From NCBI GenBank assembly GCA_963675745.2, contig CAXXWX010000019.1, forward strand, positions 352,001-416,000: 64,000 nucleotides of DNA, written 5' to 3'. This stretch comes from Phycisphaerae bacterium. GTDB lineage: Bacteria; Planctomycetota; Phycisphaerae; UBA1845; Fen-1342. Below the pieces are notes generated by a model. It was not told where the DNA came from. It ran no database searches and saw only the letters and a list, made by a program, of their open reading frames with translations. A program made the position numbers and the translations under genes. Every line of letters begins with the position of its first letter. The first letter of the stretch is position 1. Shown here piece after piece: positions 9,592 through 19,519 of the stretch.

Positions 9592-12500
9592 ATGAACACG
9601 TTGCGCAGCCTGGTGCTCATATTGATGGGGCTGACCACCGCGGGTTGGCTGTCGTCACCGGCCGCGGCCGATCCGGTTACTTTCGCGCGTCACCTGGCGC
9701 TGTCGCCCGACGGGCACACGCTGGCTTTCAGTTGGGCCGGCGATATCTGGACCGTGCCGGTGACCGGTGGAGACGCGCGGCGGCTGACCGTTAACCGGGC
9801 TTACGACAGCGATCCGGTCTGGTCGCGCGATGGCCGGCTACTCGCGTTCGCCTCCCGCCGCCATGGCGCCGCAAACGTGTTCGTGATGGACGCCGACGGT
9901 GGAAACGTACGGCGGCTGACGTTCGGCGATCGGTCCGCCTACCCCACCGACTGGACGCCCGCCGGGGGCGCGGTGCTCTTTCACTCATCGCGCGAAGGGC
10001 AATTGCGCTGGGATCCACACGTGTACCGCGTGTCGGCAGAGGGGGGGCAGCCGCGACGTGAGTTGGCATGCTTCGCCGCTTCTGCGCGAGTCAGCCCGGA
10101 TGGCCGGCGCGTGGTCTTCACGCGGGGTGGATATCGCTGGTGGCGGCGTGGATACCACGGCAGCGGCGATTCACAAATCTGGATGTACGATCGAGATGCC
10201 GACAGGTACACGCAGCTCGATGCCTATGACGGTGATGATCGGCTGCCTGTGTGGGACGCAGCCGGCGGCGGCGTGTACTTCCTCTCCAGCCGGGGCGGCA
10301 ATGTCAATGTCTGGTACCGGCCGCTCAACGGCGCAGCGCGGCAAGTTACGCACATGCCGGGTGATGACGTGCGCGATCTGGCCGTGTCAGCCGACGGCGC
10401 GACTCTGGCATTCACGCATTGGGATCAGGTATACGTCGCGCGCCTGCCCGATGGGGCTCCCCAGGCGATCAGCATAAGTGCCTCCGGCGACTCGCCGCTC
10501 AAATCGACCGAGTACAAGACCTATCGCAACGATGTTGACGAGGCCGAGCCTTCGCCCGACGGCATGGAGATCGCCATGGTGGTGCGCGGCGAGATCTTCG
10601 TGGGCCAGACGAAGGAGGACCAGTACACGCGCCGTGTGACCAATTCACCCGCCCGCGATCGCCATGTTACCTGGTCGCCCGACGGCAAGGCGCTGTTCTT
10701 CATCTCTGACCGGACGGGCCTGGAACAGGTCTATCGCGCCCGCTCCGCCGAAGATCCGCCGAAGGCCCTGTGCGATTCGCTGCGGTTCGAGATCGAGCAG
10801 GTGACCGATGACGAGTTTCCCAGGTTTGCCCCCCAAGTGTCGCCTGACGGCGAGAAACTGGCATATCAACGATTGCGTGGCGACCTGGTGATCCGTGATT
10901 TGAAGGACGGCCAGGAGCGCGTGTTGTTGGAGGGCTGGAGCCCGCCGGTGTACAACTGGTCACCCGACAGCAAGTGGATTGCTTTCGGCCGCGAGGATCT
11001 GGAGTTCAACGGCGATATATGGATCGTGCCGGTTGATGGCGGTGCTCCGCCGGTGAACATCTCGCGGCATCCTGACTATGACGAGACGCCCCAGTGGTCG
11101 CATGACGGGCAAATCCTCGCATTCACGTCGTACCGGAACGGTTTTGACACGGACCTGTACCTGGTGTTCCTGTCGCCGGAGCTTGATGGGCTCTCCAGCG
11201 TTGAACTCGCGGAGTATTTCGAGAAGCAGTCGGAGAAGGTCAAGAAGCTCAAGCCGCTCAAGTCGGCCGTCGCGAGTGGGGCGATCCACCTTGATGGTCA
11301 GACTGAAACAGACGAGTCCGAACCGGCGCCGACCACGCAGGAAACCGCGGCCGAAACGCAGGCCGACAGGTTGGCGCAAGCCGCCCGGGATGCTCTGCGC
11401 AACATGCTGAAGTACCTGCTCGAGGAGCCGCAAGACGAGCCAGAGGAGCAGGAGGAGCCGACGGACAAGGAAGACGAAGAGAAGAGCTATGCGTGGGATC
11501 TGGAGACGGCGTGGAAGCGCATCCGGCGCGTAACCAGCTTGCCCGGTAACCAGGAGGCATTCGCCCTCGCTCCGGACGGGAGCCTGCTCGCGTTTGTGTC
11601 GGAACATGAGGGTGACAAGAAGCTCTACACGATCAAGTGGAACGCGGAGGACCGCAAGCGCATCCTCTCCAGCGAGGTCAAATACCTCCGCTGGCAGCGC
11701 GACGGCAAGCGTCTGTTCCACCTCAAAGGCGGCGTGCCGAATTCCTGTAGCGCGAGCGGCGGCGATGCGAAAGCCCACACGCTCCGCGCCAAGATGGCGG
11801 TGGACTACGCCGCCGAAGCGCGCCAGAAGTTCGACGACGGCGCGCGGGCCCTCGGCCGCAACTACTACCATCCGACCATGCGCGGCCTCGACTGGCCCAT
11901 ACTGACGGACAAATACCGCAAGCTCGCGCTGAGCGTTCGCACCGTGCGCGAGTTCAACGAGATCTTCAACATGCTTCAGGGCGAGCTGAACGGATCGCAC
12001 CTGGGCATCTATGGCGGCGAGCGAACCGATGCCCCGATGGAGCGCGTCGGCTATCTCGGCTGTGTGCTTGACGACGCGTTTGCGGGGCCCGGTTTGCGGG
12101 TGGCTGCGGTTACGCCGCGCGCGCCGGCCGACCGCGCGGAAAGCCGGATGTACAGCGGAGACGTCATGCTGAAGGTCAATGGTCAGCCGGTGGGGCCGGA
12201 CGCGCCGCTGGATCGCGCACTGGTTGATGCTGTCGGTGACCAGGTAATCATCGAGTACTTACCCTCGCCGCAACGCCTGGCCGCGGAAGCGGACGAGGCC
12301 GGTGAAGCTGACGAGTCCGACGAGACTGCCGGGGCGGACGAGTCGGCGACCACCGAACCCGGCGTGGCTGAACCACGTGAATTGGTGATCCGACCTATCA
12401 GCTACTACACGCTGGCCGACCTGCTATACGACCAATGGGTAACCGAAAACCGGAAGTACGTCGCCGACCATTCCGAAGATCGCCTCGGCTATGTGCACAT

Positions 12501-13044
12501 CCGCGGGATGAACGAGCCTTCCTTTGAGGACTTCGAGCGCGACCTTTACGCCGCGGCACATGGCAAGGATGGCCTGATCATCGACGTGCGCGCCAACAGC
12601 GGTGGCTGGACGGCGGACTGGGTCATGGCCGTGTTGAGCGTAAGACGGCACGCCTTCACGATTCCACGCGGTGGGGGACGTGGGTATCCGCAGGGCCGGC
12701 TGATCTTTTACGCGTGGACCAAGCCCGCCACGATGATGTGTGATCAATACAGCTTTTCCAACGCCGAGATCATCTCGCACGCGTTCAAGAACCTCGGCCG
12801 CGGGCCGCTGGTCGGCATGCCGACGTTCGGCGGTGTGATAAGTACCGGGGCCTACGGACTCATCGACGGGACGTATGTTCGTATGCCGTTTCGCGGGTGG
12901 TACACACTGCCCAGCGAGACCGACATGGAGCTGCACGGCGCCGAGCCGGATGTGCGTGTTCCACTCACGCCCGCCGACGAGGCGAACAGACGCCGGCCAC
13001 AGCTCGACGCCGCGATTGCCGCGTCTTTGGCGCAGTTGCAGTAG
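9592..13044 (+). CDS. Tricorn-like S41 protease with signal peptide, PD40/beta-propeller repeats and PDZ domain
   Basis: Signal peptide ending AAA-D; many WSPDG repeats; GELNGSH, LGYVHI, IIDVRANSGG, catalytic FSNAE, GGVI. Confidence 0.92.
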   Translation: MNTLRSLVLILMGLTTAGWLSSPAAADPVTFARHLALSPDGHTLAFSWAGDIWTVPVTGGDARRLTVNRAYDSDPVWSRDGRLLAFASRRHGAANVFVMDADGGNVRRLTFGDRSAYPTDWTPAGGAVLFHSSREGQLRWDPHVYRVSAEGGQPRRELACFAASARVSPDGRRVVFTRGGYRWWRRGYHGSGDSQIWMYDRDADRYTQLDAYDGDDRLPVWDAAGGGVYFLSSRGGNVNVWYRPLNGAARQVTHMPGDDVRDLAVSADGATLAFTHWDQVYVARLPDGAPQAISISASGDSPLKSTEYKTYRNDVDEAEPSPDGMEIAMVVRGEIFVGQTKEDQYTRRVTNSPARDRHVTWSPDGKALFFISDRTGLEQVYRARSAEDPPKALCDSLRFEIEQVTDDEFPRFAPQVSPDGEKLAYQRLRGDLVIRDLKDGQERVLLEGWSPPVYNWSPDSKWIAFGREDLEFNGDIWIVPVDGGAPPVNISRHPDYDETPQWSHDGQILAFTSYRNGFDTDLYLVFLSPELDGLSSVELAEYFEKQSEKVKKLKPLKSAVASGAIHLDGQTETDESEPAPTTQETAAETQADRLAQAARDALRNMLKYLLEEPQDEPEEQEEPTDKEDEEKSYAWDLETAWKRIRRVTSLPGNQEAFALAPDGSLLAFVSEHEGDKKLYTIKWNAEDRKRILSSEVKYLRWQRDGKRLFHLKGGVPNSCSASGGDAKAHTLRAKMAVDYAAEARQKFDDGARALGRNYYHPTMRGLDWPILTDKYRKLALSVRTVREFNEIFNMLQGELNGSHLGIYGGERTDAPMERVGYLGCVLDDAFAGPGLRVAAVTPRAPADRAESRMYSGDVMLKVNGQPVGPDAPLDRALVDAVGDQVIIEYLPSPQRLAAEADEAGEADESDETAGADESATTEPGVAEPRELVIRPISYYTLADLLYDQWVTENRKYVADHSEDRLGYVHIRGMNEPSFEDFERDLYAAAHGKDGLIIDVRANSGGWTADWVMAVLSVRRHAFTIPRGGGRGYPQGRLIFYAWTKPATMMCDQYSFSNAEIISHAFKNLGRGPLVGMPTFGGVISTGAYGLIDGTYVRMPFRGWYTLPSETDMELHGAEPDVRVPLTPADEANRRRPQLDAAIAASLAQLQ

Positions 13045-13217
13045 ATCGGCTGTCAGGGGCGTGAATCGCGCGACGCGACAGTCCCTACGGCGCCGGTGCA
13101 AAGCCGGTGTGTGGCGGATATGATGCGTGCAACGGAAACGCGAACATCGTGGCGATCAGCGCCCGCTCTCCGGAGCCCCGGCGCTGAGGCTGTGAATGCC
13201 CCTTCGGGAGTAAAGAG

Positions 13218-13721
13218 ATGTCAATCGAATTCCACTGCCCCAAATGCCGCAAGCTGATCAGGGCCCCCGATGATGCGGGCGGCAAGCAGGGCAAATGCCC
13301 GTCGTGTCACCAGTCGGTCTATGTCCCGATGCCCGAAGGCGAGTTGGAAACGCTGTCCCTGACGCCTCTGGATGAGGCCGCTGAGCGCGAGCGCAAACGC
13401 CTCGAGGACGAGACCAACGCGCTACGACGCGACGTGATGGCCGCACAATCACTGCCCGCTGATAGTGGGGCGGCGCAGTCGGGCGGTGTCAGCGAGCCCA
13501 AGCTGGATATGCAGACGCTCGTGATTCAGTACGCCACGTGTATGTCGCAGGGGAAGCTGAGTGAGGCCGAGGAATACGCCGCGCTAATACACAAAGACAA
13601 GCGTGCGGCTGAGGATGTGATTCAGCAACTGACGATTGACGAAATCCTGCCGCCGGCACTGGCCAACATCCCTCGTCCGGTGCTGATAGGTTTCCTGAAG
13701 CAACTGCGCGGCGGTAAGTAG
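13218..13721 (+). CDS. Hypothetical protein with N-terminal double CxxC zinc ribbon
   Basis: MSIEFHCPKC...GKQGKCPSC; GGAG RBS upstream. Confidence 0.8.
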   Translation: MSIEFHCPKCRKLIRAPDDAGGKQGKCPSCHQSVYVPMPEGELETLSLTPLDEAAERERKRLEDETNALRRDVMAAQSLPADSGAAQSGGVSEPKLDMQTLVIQYATCMSQGKLSEAEEYAALIHKDKRAAEDVIQQLTIDEILPPALANIPRPVLIGFLKQLRGGK

Positions 13722-13847
13722 AACTGACGTGCCGTAGCCGCCCTGATTATGCGCGGCAGAGCTTTACAGTTGCGGCGTATGCGGCCAGACTCTGCAACGG
13801 TTTGTCACGATCGTGGATCTGGGGGCGAATCGCGAGGGTCGGCGGAC

Positions 13848-14363
13848 ATGGCGGTCATCCTGCCCGGAACAAAGTGCTCGCTGAGCGGTATTGAAATCAA
13901 ACCCACCGACGCGTATTTCTCGACATCGGGCGTGTTCCTGCCCGCCAAGGATCCGCTGCGCAAATTCTGCGACACGTGCATGCTCTGGGAGCACTACGCT
14001 CAATGGCCGCCGCGCGAGCGGTTTGCGCGCGCATATGTCGAGGAGTGGATCAAGGCTAATCAGCGCAACCCGTTCTGGTGGACGATACATCTTGATGACA
14101 ACGTCTACATTTCGGCCAATCCCCAAACGGGGATCGAGGAAATCTCGGTACGACTGATGCGCACCGGCAGCGACATTCGCATTCCGTTGGACTCCTGGTC
14201 GAAGTGGGTCGAGCATCCCGAATCAGTGACGCCCAATCTGCACGCGGCCGAAATGGAAGCGCTCGCGCGTTCGTTGCCCACCCTGCGCGACGCCTTCCCG
14301 ACCGCCCGCGCAATCGTCCAGGCGATCGACCCGCACGAGAAGAAAACGCCGCGCAGGCGATGA
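13848..14363 (+). CDS. Hypothetical protein
   Basis: Protein-like composition, GC3-biased codons and GAGG upstream of ATG 13848. No family recognised. Confidence 0.65.
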   Translation: MAVILPGTKCSLSGIEIKPTDAYFSTSGVFLPAKDPLRKFCDTCMLWEHYAQWPPRERFARAYVEEWIKANQRNPFWWTIHLDDNVYISANPQTGIEEISVRLMRTGSDIRIPLDSWSKWVEHPESVTPNLHAAEMEALARSLPTLRDAFPTARAIVQAIDPHEKKTPRRR

Positions 14364-14548
14364 TGTTTGGCCGCACGTGGGGTAGTGGACACAGCCACAC
14401 GCCGCGCACGCTCTGATGCTGCGCCCAATACGCTCTGAGAAACAGTCAGGTGTGTCGCTGCGTTTGAGAAATGCGGTTGCAATGCGGGCTGCACGGCTCG
14501 CACAGCCGTGGCACGCCGCCGGGCGCCATGATCTTCTATGAAATCCGG

Positions 14549-15634
14549 TTAGTCGCCGCGAATCCAGCGCTCCAGCAGCTCGCGCGCCTCGGAGTCGCGC
14601 ATCTGTCGCGGCGGGTGCTTCATGGTGAGTGCGGCGACCTCATCGAGTGGTCCACCAATGCCGCGTTCAAGCGCCAGTTTCGCACAGCGAATCGCATCCA
14701 CCGCCACGCCGGCACTGTTCGGTGAATCTTCGACGCTCATGCGCAGCTCGAGATTCATGGGCACATCGCCGAAACCGCGCCATTCCAGCCGCAGAAAGCA
14801 GACTTTGTTATCTTTCTGCCACGGGACGTAATCGGATGGTCCGATGTGAATGTCGTCGGTGTCCAGCGGCGTGTCGAGCTGTGATTGCACGGCTTCGGTT
14901 TTTGAGATCCGCTTGGAGCGCAGGCGGCCTTGCTCGAGCATGTTGAGAAAGTCGGTGTTGCCGCCGGTATTGAGCTGGTAGGTGTGGTCAAGTCTCACGC
15001 CGCGATCATCGAGCAGTCGCGCCAACACGCGGTGGACGATCGTAGCGCCGAACTGGCTCTTGACGTCGTCGCCGACGACCGGCAGATTCTTATCGCGAAA
15101 CAGTGCGGCCCACTCGGGGTCTGAAGCGATAAAAACGGGCACGCAGTTGACGAAGGCGACTCCGGCTTCAAGCGCGGCGCGCGCGTAGTGTCGGACAGCG
15201 TCCTCTGACCCGACGGGCAGGTAGCAGACCAGCACCTCGGCGCCGGACTTTCGCAACACGCTGACCACATCGACGGCCTCGGCGTCAGCGATGCGAAACG
15301 CGCGATCATCAGCATAGTCGCGCATGTGGCTCGCGACGCCGTCCAGCACCGGGCCCATCTGGACTGTTACGCCGTAGTCAGCCAGCTCGCGCTGAAACAC
15401 CTGGGTGCAGTTTGGCGGGGCGAAGGCGGCTTCCTGAAGGGGGCGGCCGACCTTGCGCTGGTCGATGTCAAAGGCCGCCACCACGCGAATGTCGCTGATC
15501 CGGTAGCCGCCGATTTCGCGGTGCATCAGTCCCGCCGAGGCGACGGACGACTGTGGGCGGTAGTACTCTATACCCTGGAGCAGTGCGCAGGCACAATTGC
15601 CCACACCAGCAATGGCGGCATTGATTTTGCCCAC
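14549..15634 (-). CDS. ino1: Myo-inositol-1-phosphate synthase
   Basis: AGVGNCA, YLPVGS, GDDVKSQFGAT, YQLNTGGNTDFLN, SKRISKT, IGPSDYV, VEDSPNSAG. AAGGAGG RBS precedes GTG at 15634. Confidence 0.95.
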   Translation of the reverse strand: MGKINAAIAGVGNCACALLQGIEYYRPQSSVASAGLMHREIGGYRISDIRVVAAFDIDQRKVGRPLQEAAFAPPNCTQVFQRELADYGVTVQMGPVLDGVASHMRDYADDRAFRIADAEAVDVVSVLRKSGAEVLVCYLPVGSEDAVRHYARAALEAGVAFVNCVPVFIASDPEWAALFRDKNLPVVGDDVKSQFGATIVHRVLARLLDDRGVRLDHTYQLNTGGNTDFLNMLEQGRLRSKRISKTEAVQSQLDTPLDTDDIHIGPSDYVPWQKDNKVCFLRLEWRGFGDVPMNLELRMSVEDSPNSAGVAVDAIRCAKLALERGIGGPLDEVAALTMKHPPRQMRDSEARELLERWIRGD

Positions 15635-15949
15635 ACCACACCTCCTTGACCGCGGCGGCGGTGCACCACAAGCCGCGACCCACAGCCTTGGCAAACGCCA
15701 GATAATACCGCTGCCAATGACCGGATGCAAATGACCCGGGAACTGCCAACCAGGTATGACACGGCGTGGCCGGTTGCGCGGGTGACGACGTGGGAAAATG
15801 TGTTCAGTGAGCGATAGTTCTTGCGGGTCTCGGCGACTACCTCTTATGCTCATGGTCCTCCGGGTCCCCCGCAGCTTGCCAGGGGCGTGAACTCCGGGAG
15901 AGGCGTGCAGGTGGTTGTTGGCCTCGCGGGCCCATTAATGGAGTCGAGC

Positions 15950-17317
15950 ATGACGGGTAGATCATTATTGCTGGGGGCGCTGCATAATGGCGCCACGCCG
16001 CGAACGCCCTGGGTTCCGTTTGTCGGCGTGCATGGTGGCCGGTTGATCGACAAGGCCGCCGATGACTACCTGCGTTCCAGCGAGGCCATCGTCGCCGGGC
16101 TGACGCGCGCGCAAGAGCTGTACCAGCCCGACGGCCTGCCCATCGTGTTCGATCTGCAACTGGAGGCGGAGGTGCTCGGTTGTGAATTACGCTGGGCGGC
16201 CGAGACGCCACCGGCGGTTGTCTCGCACCCCCTGGCCGGCCGGCAACCGGACGAACTCCCGCTGTTTGACGCCGCCGGCGGCCGCTTTCCCGTGGTGTTA
16301 GAGGCGCTACGGGCGATGAAGCAGCGCTTCGGTGACGAGATCGGGCTGTACGGCTTGCTGACCGGGCCGTTTACGCTGGCGCTGCACCTGATGGGCAACG
16401 AGATTTTCCTGAAGATTCGCAAAGACCCGGACACAGTGACTCGGGTCGTCGCCCACTGCGCGACGATCGCCCAACGCGTCGCCGACGCATATCTCGAAAA
16501 TGGCGCCGACGTGATAGCCGTCGTCGATCCGATGACCAGTCAGATCTCGCCCAGGCACTTTGTCGAGTTCGTCGATCCACACGTAAACGCCGTGTTCGAT
16601 CACGTACGCAGCCAAGACGGGCTGTCATCGATGTTCGTGTGCGGCGACGCGACCCGCAATCTCGAGTGTATGTGTCAGACGCGCTGCGACAATGTCTCAA
16701 TCGATGAAAATGTGCCGCTGGAGCTGGCCAAGGATCTCGCCGCCACGCACGGGCGTTCTTTCGGCGGGAATCTGAAGCTCACCACGGCCCTTTTGCTCGG
16801 AAGCGTCGATGACGCCCGGTTGGACGCGCTGCGCTGCATGGAGATCGGCGGAACCAACGGCTTCGTGCTGGCACCGGGTTGTGACCTGCCCTACGACACT
16901 CCACCGGCCAACTTGCAGGGCGTGGCGCAGATGGTCCACGACGAATACCAGCGTCACGTGGCGGCGACCACGCTGCGTGCCAAGTCGGCTATGTCGCTCG
17001 AAGATGTTGAGCTACCCAACTACGCCGATTCGCGGGATGTCATCGTCGACGTTGTCACTCTTGACTCGGCCTCGTGTGCCCCGTGCCAATACATGGTGAA
17101 TGCCGCCCAGGACGCCGCACTGCGTTTTGAAGGCCGGGTCACCGTCGCCGAGCACAAGATCACCACGCACAGTGGCCTGGGTTTCATGTCGAAGCTGGGC
17201 GTTAAGCAGATCCCGACCATCTGTATTGACGGCCAGCCGGCTTTTTCGTCAATCATCCCCGACAAGGACACGCTGTCGGATGCGATCCGTGCCGCGCTGG
17301 CACGTAAACCGGCATGA
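15950..17317 (+). CDS. Uroporphyrinogen decarboxylase-fold (MtaA/CmuA-like) protein fused to a C-terminal thioredoxin-like domain
   Basis: WVPFVGVHG, DLQLEAEVLGC, TGPFTLA, GGNL, LAPGCDLP. C-terminal CAPCQY...IPTICIDG. Confidence 0.85.
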   Translation: MTGRSLLLGALHNGATPRTPWVPFVGVHGGRLIDKAADDYLRSSEAIVAGLTRAQELYQPDGLPIVFDLQLEAEVLGCELRWAAETPPAVVSHPLAGRQPDELPLFDAAGGRFPVVLEALRAMKQRFGDEIGLYGLLTGPFTLALHLMGNEIFLKIRKDPDTVTRVVAHCATIAQRVADAYLENGADVIAVVDPMTSQISPRHFVEFVDPHVNAVFDHVRSQDGLSSMFVCGDATRNLECMCQTRCDNVSIDENVPLELAKDLAATHGRSFGGNLKLTTALLLGSVDDARLDALRCMEIGGTNGFVLAPGCDLPYDTPPANLQGVAQMVHDEYQRHVAATTLRAKSAMSLEDVELPNYADSRDVIVDVVTLDSASCAPCQYMVNAAQDAALRFEGRVTVAEHKITTHSGLGFMSKLGVKQIPTICIDGQPAFSSIIPDKDTLSDAIRAALARKPA

Positions 17318-18231
17318 TTCCCCTGGCGCTGGTCACCGGATTCCTGGGTAGCGGCAAGACGACGTTCTTGCGGCGCACCATCGAGCGCCAGCGCGGCCGC
17401 CGGATTGTCTATCTGGTCAACGAGTTTTCGACGGTGGATGTCGACGGGCACCTGCTGGAACTGGAGCCCGATCGCTTGATCACCGTCGCCGGCGGCAGCA
17501 TCTTCTGTCGCTGCCTGGTAACGGACTTTCTGGCCCAACTGCGGAAGATCGAGTCGCGGGCCGCCGACGGAATCGACGGCGTTGTGATCGAGGCCAGCGG
17601 GATCGCTGATCCGAAAGTCATGCGGCAGATGCTCGCGGAGACGCGGTTTGACCGGGCATTCAAGCTTGGAATGATTGTCAGCATCGTGGACCCCGGGAGC
17701 TTCGTTGACCTGCTGGAGACGCTGCCGAACATCGTCGCCCAGATTGAGGCCGCGGATGTGGCGATCATCAACAAGTCCGACCTGTATGCCGCGGATGTGA
17801 TCGATGACACGCGGCGCGAGCTGCTACGCATCAACGCCGGGCTGCGCATCGAGCGCGCCACCTACTGTGATGTGGCGCTGGACCTGTTTGCAAGTCCGCC
17901 GCGCCGCGAGCAGCGTGGAGAATACGCCGCATGCGCCGACGCGAATTACGTGACGCTCAGCGTGCGGATCGAGCGTGAGTTGGACGTCGGGAAGTTGATG
18001 GGGCACATCGAACGGATTCACGATCAGCTTTATCGCGTCAAGGGCTTTGCACCGCATGCCGGCGGGCTGACCTACGTTGACGTATCGCCGGCGACGATCG
18101 CCACGGAGGCTGCACCCGATCGTGGCCAGCCGCGCGAGTTGGTGCTCATCGCGCGCGCCGCGGGTCGGGCGCGCGTATATGAGCTTGTCGAGCTGATCGA
18201 AACCGGCGGGCTGTATACCACGCCCGCGTGA
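17314..18231 (+). CDS. CobW/COG0523-family metallochaperone GTPase
   Basis: TGFLGSGKTT, VNEF, GGSIFCRC, IEASGIADP, NKSD, YRVKGF. ATGA overlap with the upstream gene. Confidence 0.9.
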   Translation: MIPLALVTGFLGSGKTTFLRRTIERQRGRRIVYLVNEFSTVDVDGHLLELEPDRLITVAGGSIFCRCLVTDFLAQLRKIESRAADGIDGVVIEASGIADPKVMRQMLAETRFDRAFKLGMIVSIVDPGSFVDLLETLPNIVAQIEAADVAIINKSDLYAADVIDDTRRELLRINAGLRIERATYCDVALDLFASPPRREQRGEYAACADANYVTLSVRIERELDVGKLMGHIERIHDQLYRVKGFAPHAGGLTYVDVSPATIATEAAPDRGQPRELVLIARAAGRARVYELVELIETGGLYTTPA

Positions 18232-18258
18232 GCACCATGCACCCATCGACAACGCCGG

Positions 18259-19416
18259 TCAGTACGGCCGCTCGGCGCGCGCGATCACCTCGCCGAGTGT
18301 AGGCTCGTGCATGGGCTCCCACTCAACGCGCAACTCGTCGAGGGTGGCGACACCCGCGAGCGTGATCAGGTCCGCCTGCCCCTGCCCGAGTCCTTCGTCA
18401 ACCGCGCGCCTGAGGTGATCTATCGTGCGTGGGTCGTGCCCGATGATGCGCGCGGCGGTTACGTCGGCCGCCACCGCGTCGGTGCTGCCCAGCAGAAGCC
18501 ACTGACCGGCGCGCTCGCGCAGATCAACCGTGACGCCTTCGCCGGCGTATACCCAGGGGCCATTGCGCTCCACGCCGATCGATGCGTCGATGATTACGAG
18601 ATCCGGGTCAACGGCGGCGGCCACGTCGAGAATGCACCCGTCAATCCGCCCGGCGCCGGTGTGCAGATCAACACGCCAGTGAGTCTCGCCAACGCCGCCA
18701 TAGCCGGCCAAGGGCATGGTGCCGATCAGGTTTTTGAGCGAAAGTGAGAGGCCGGCGTGGCGATGTGTCTTCAGGACCGGGATGGAGATCAGCCGGTCGG
18801 CGCGCGCGACCAAGCTTGAGACCAGCAGCTCGCCGTGCCCCGTCCGTGGCGTCGGCACCGCATCCCAGGCGGGCGAGTCATCATTGAGGCACGCGAGCCG
18901 CACCCGGTTGTCGTATTGCGTATTAAGCCGCGCGACTTCGGCCGCCAGATGCGATGTGCCGTCAAGTGTGACAACCTCCTCCCAGGAGAACCTGACGACC
19001 TGCGCGCCGTCGCCGATTATCACCTCGGCGGCGCCGGCTTGCAGACAGGCATCGGCGACCTCGGTCACAATCTCGGGCTTGGCACACTCGCCGGTGGCGA
19101 TCGGGTTCTCGCGGCCCAGACCGACCGCGAGCAGGTTGGGCTTGATGAACACAGTCTCGCCCGGCCTGACCACGGTCTCGATCCCGCCGAGTCGCGTGAG
19201 TAAATCGTGCGTCATGGCCGTCAGCTCGGTGCCGCGCGCGACGGCTACCGTGGCGGGGCGATCGGTCGGCGCGGTGGGCAGCAGTATTTCCGGCGGCAGA
19301 AAGGGGTTGGCCTCGGTACACCCATGGAGCAGCAGCGGGGCACCGATGGACGCGCCGAGGCCGGCCGTAGCCGATGCTCTGAGGAAACCGCGGCGTGTCA
19401 TGCGACGCTTACGCAC
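18259..19416 (-). CDS. DUF362-domain protein with Tat signal and possible lipobox
   Basis: TRRGFL twin-arginine motif, LLHGC; VFIKPNL, PVLKTH, LSLKNLIG, DAVAAD. GGAG RBS before GTG 19416. Confidence 0.82.
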   Translation of the reverse strand: MRKRRMTRRGFLRASATAGLGASIGAPLLLHGCTEANPFLPPEILLPTAPTDRPATVAVARGTELTAMTHDLLTRLGGIETVVRPGETVFIKPNLLAVGLGRENPIATGECAKPEIVTEVADACLQAGAAEVIIGDGAQVVRFSWEEVVTLDGTSHLAAEVARLNTQYDNRVRLACLNDDSPAWDAVPTPRTGHGELLVSSLVARADRLISIPVLKTHRHAGLSLSLKNLIGTMPLAGYGGVGETHWRVDLHTGAGRIDGCILDVAAAVDPDLVIIDASIGVERNGPWVYAGEGVTVDLRERAGQWLLLGSTDAVAADVTAARIIGHDPRTIDHLRRAVDEGLGQGQADLITLAGVATLDELRVEWEPMHEPTLGEVIARAERPY

Positions 19417-19519
19417 GAAGGTATCTCCATACTGCAAAACCCGCTCGCCTAGTGTTTCCCCGCGGGCGGTCTGCGTCAACAATAATGTGCGTGCCTGGGA
19501 TTCAGACAAGGAGCACGTC

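Noticed and set aside
15700..15940. Cobalamin riboswitch upstream of the MtaA-like/CobW genes
   Set aside because: GGGAA and CCCCGCAGC fragments are present, but I could not assemble the conserved core or B12 box. An Infernal search with the Rfam cobalamin models would decide.
18716..19519. Long N-terminal extension of the serpin ORF (678 aa)
   Set aside because: It is the antisense shadow of the DUF362 gene; the RBS and signal peptide begin at 19520.
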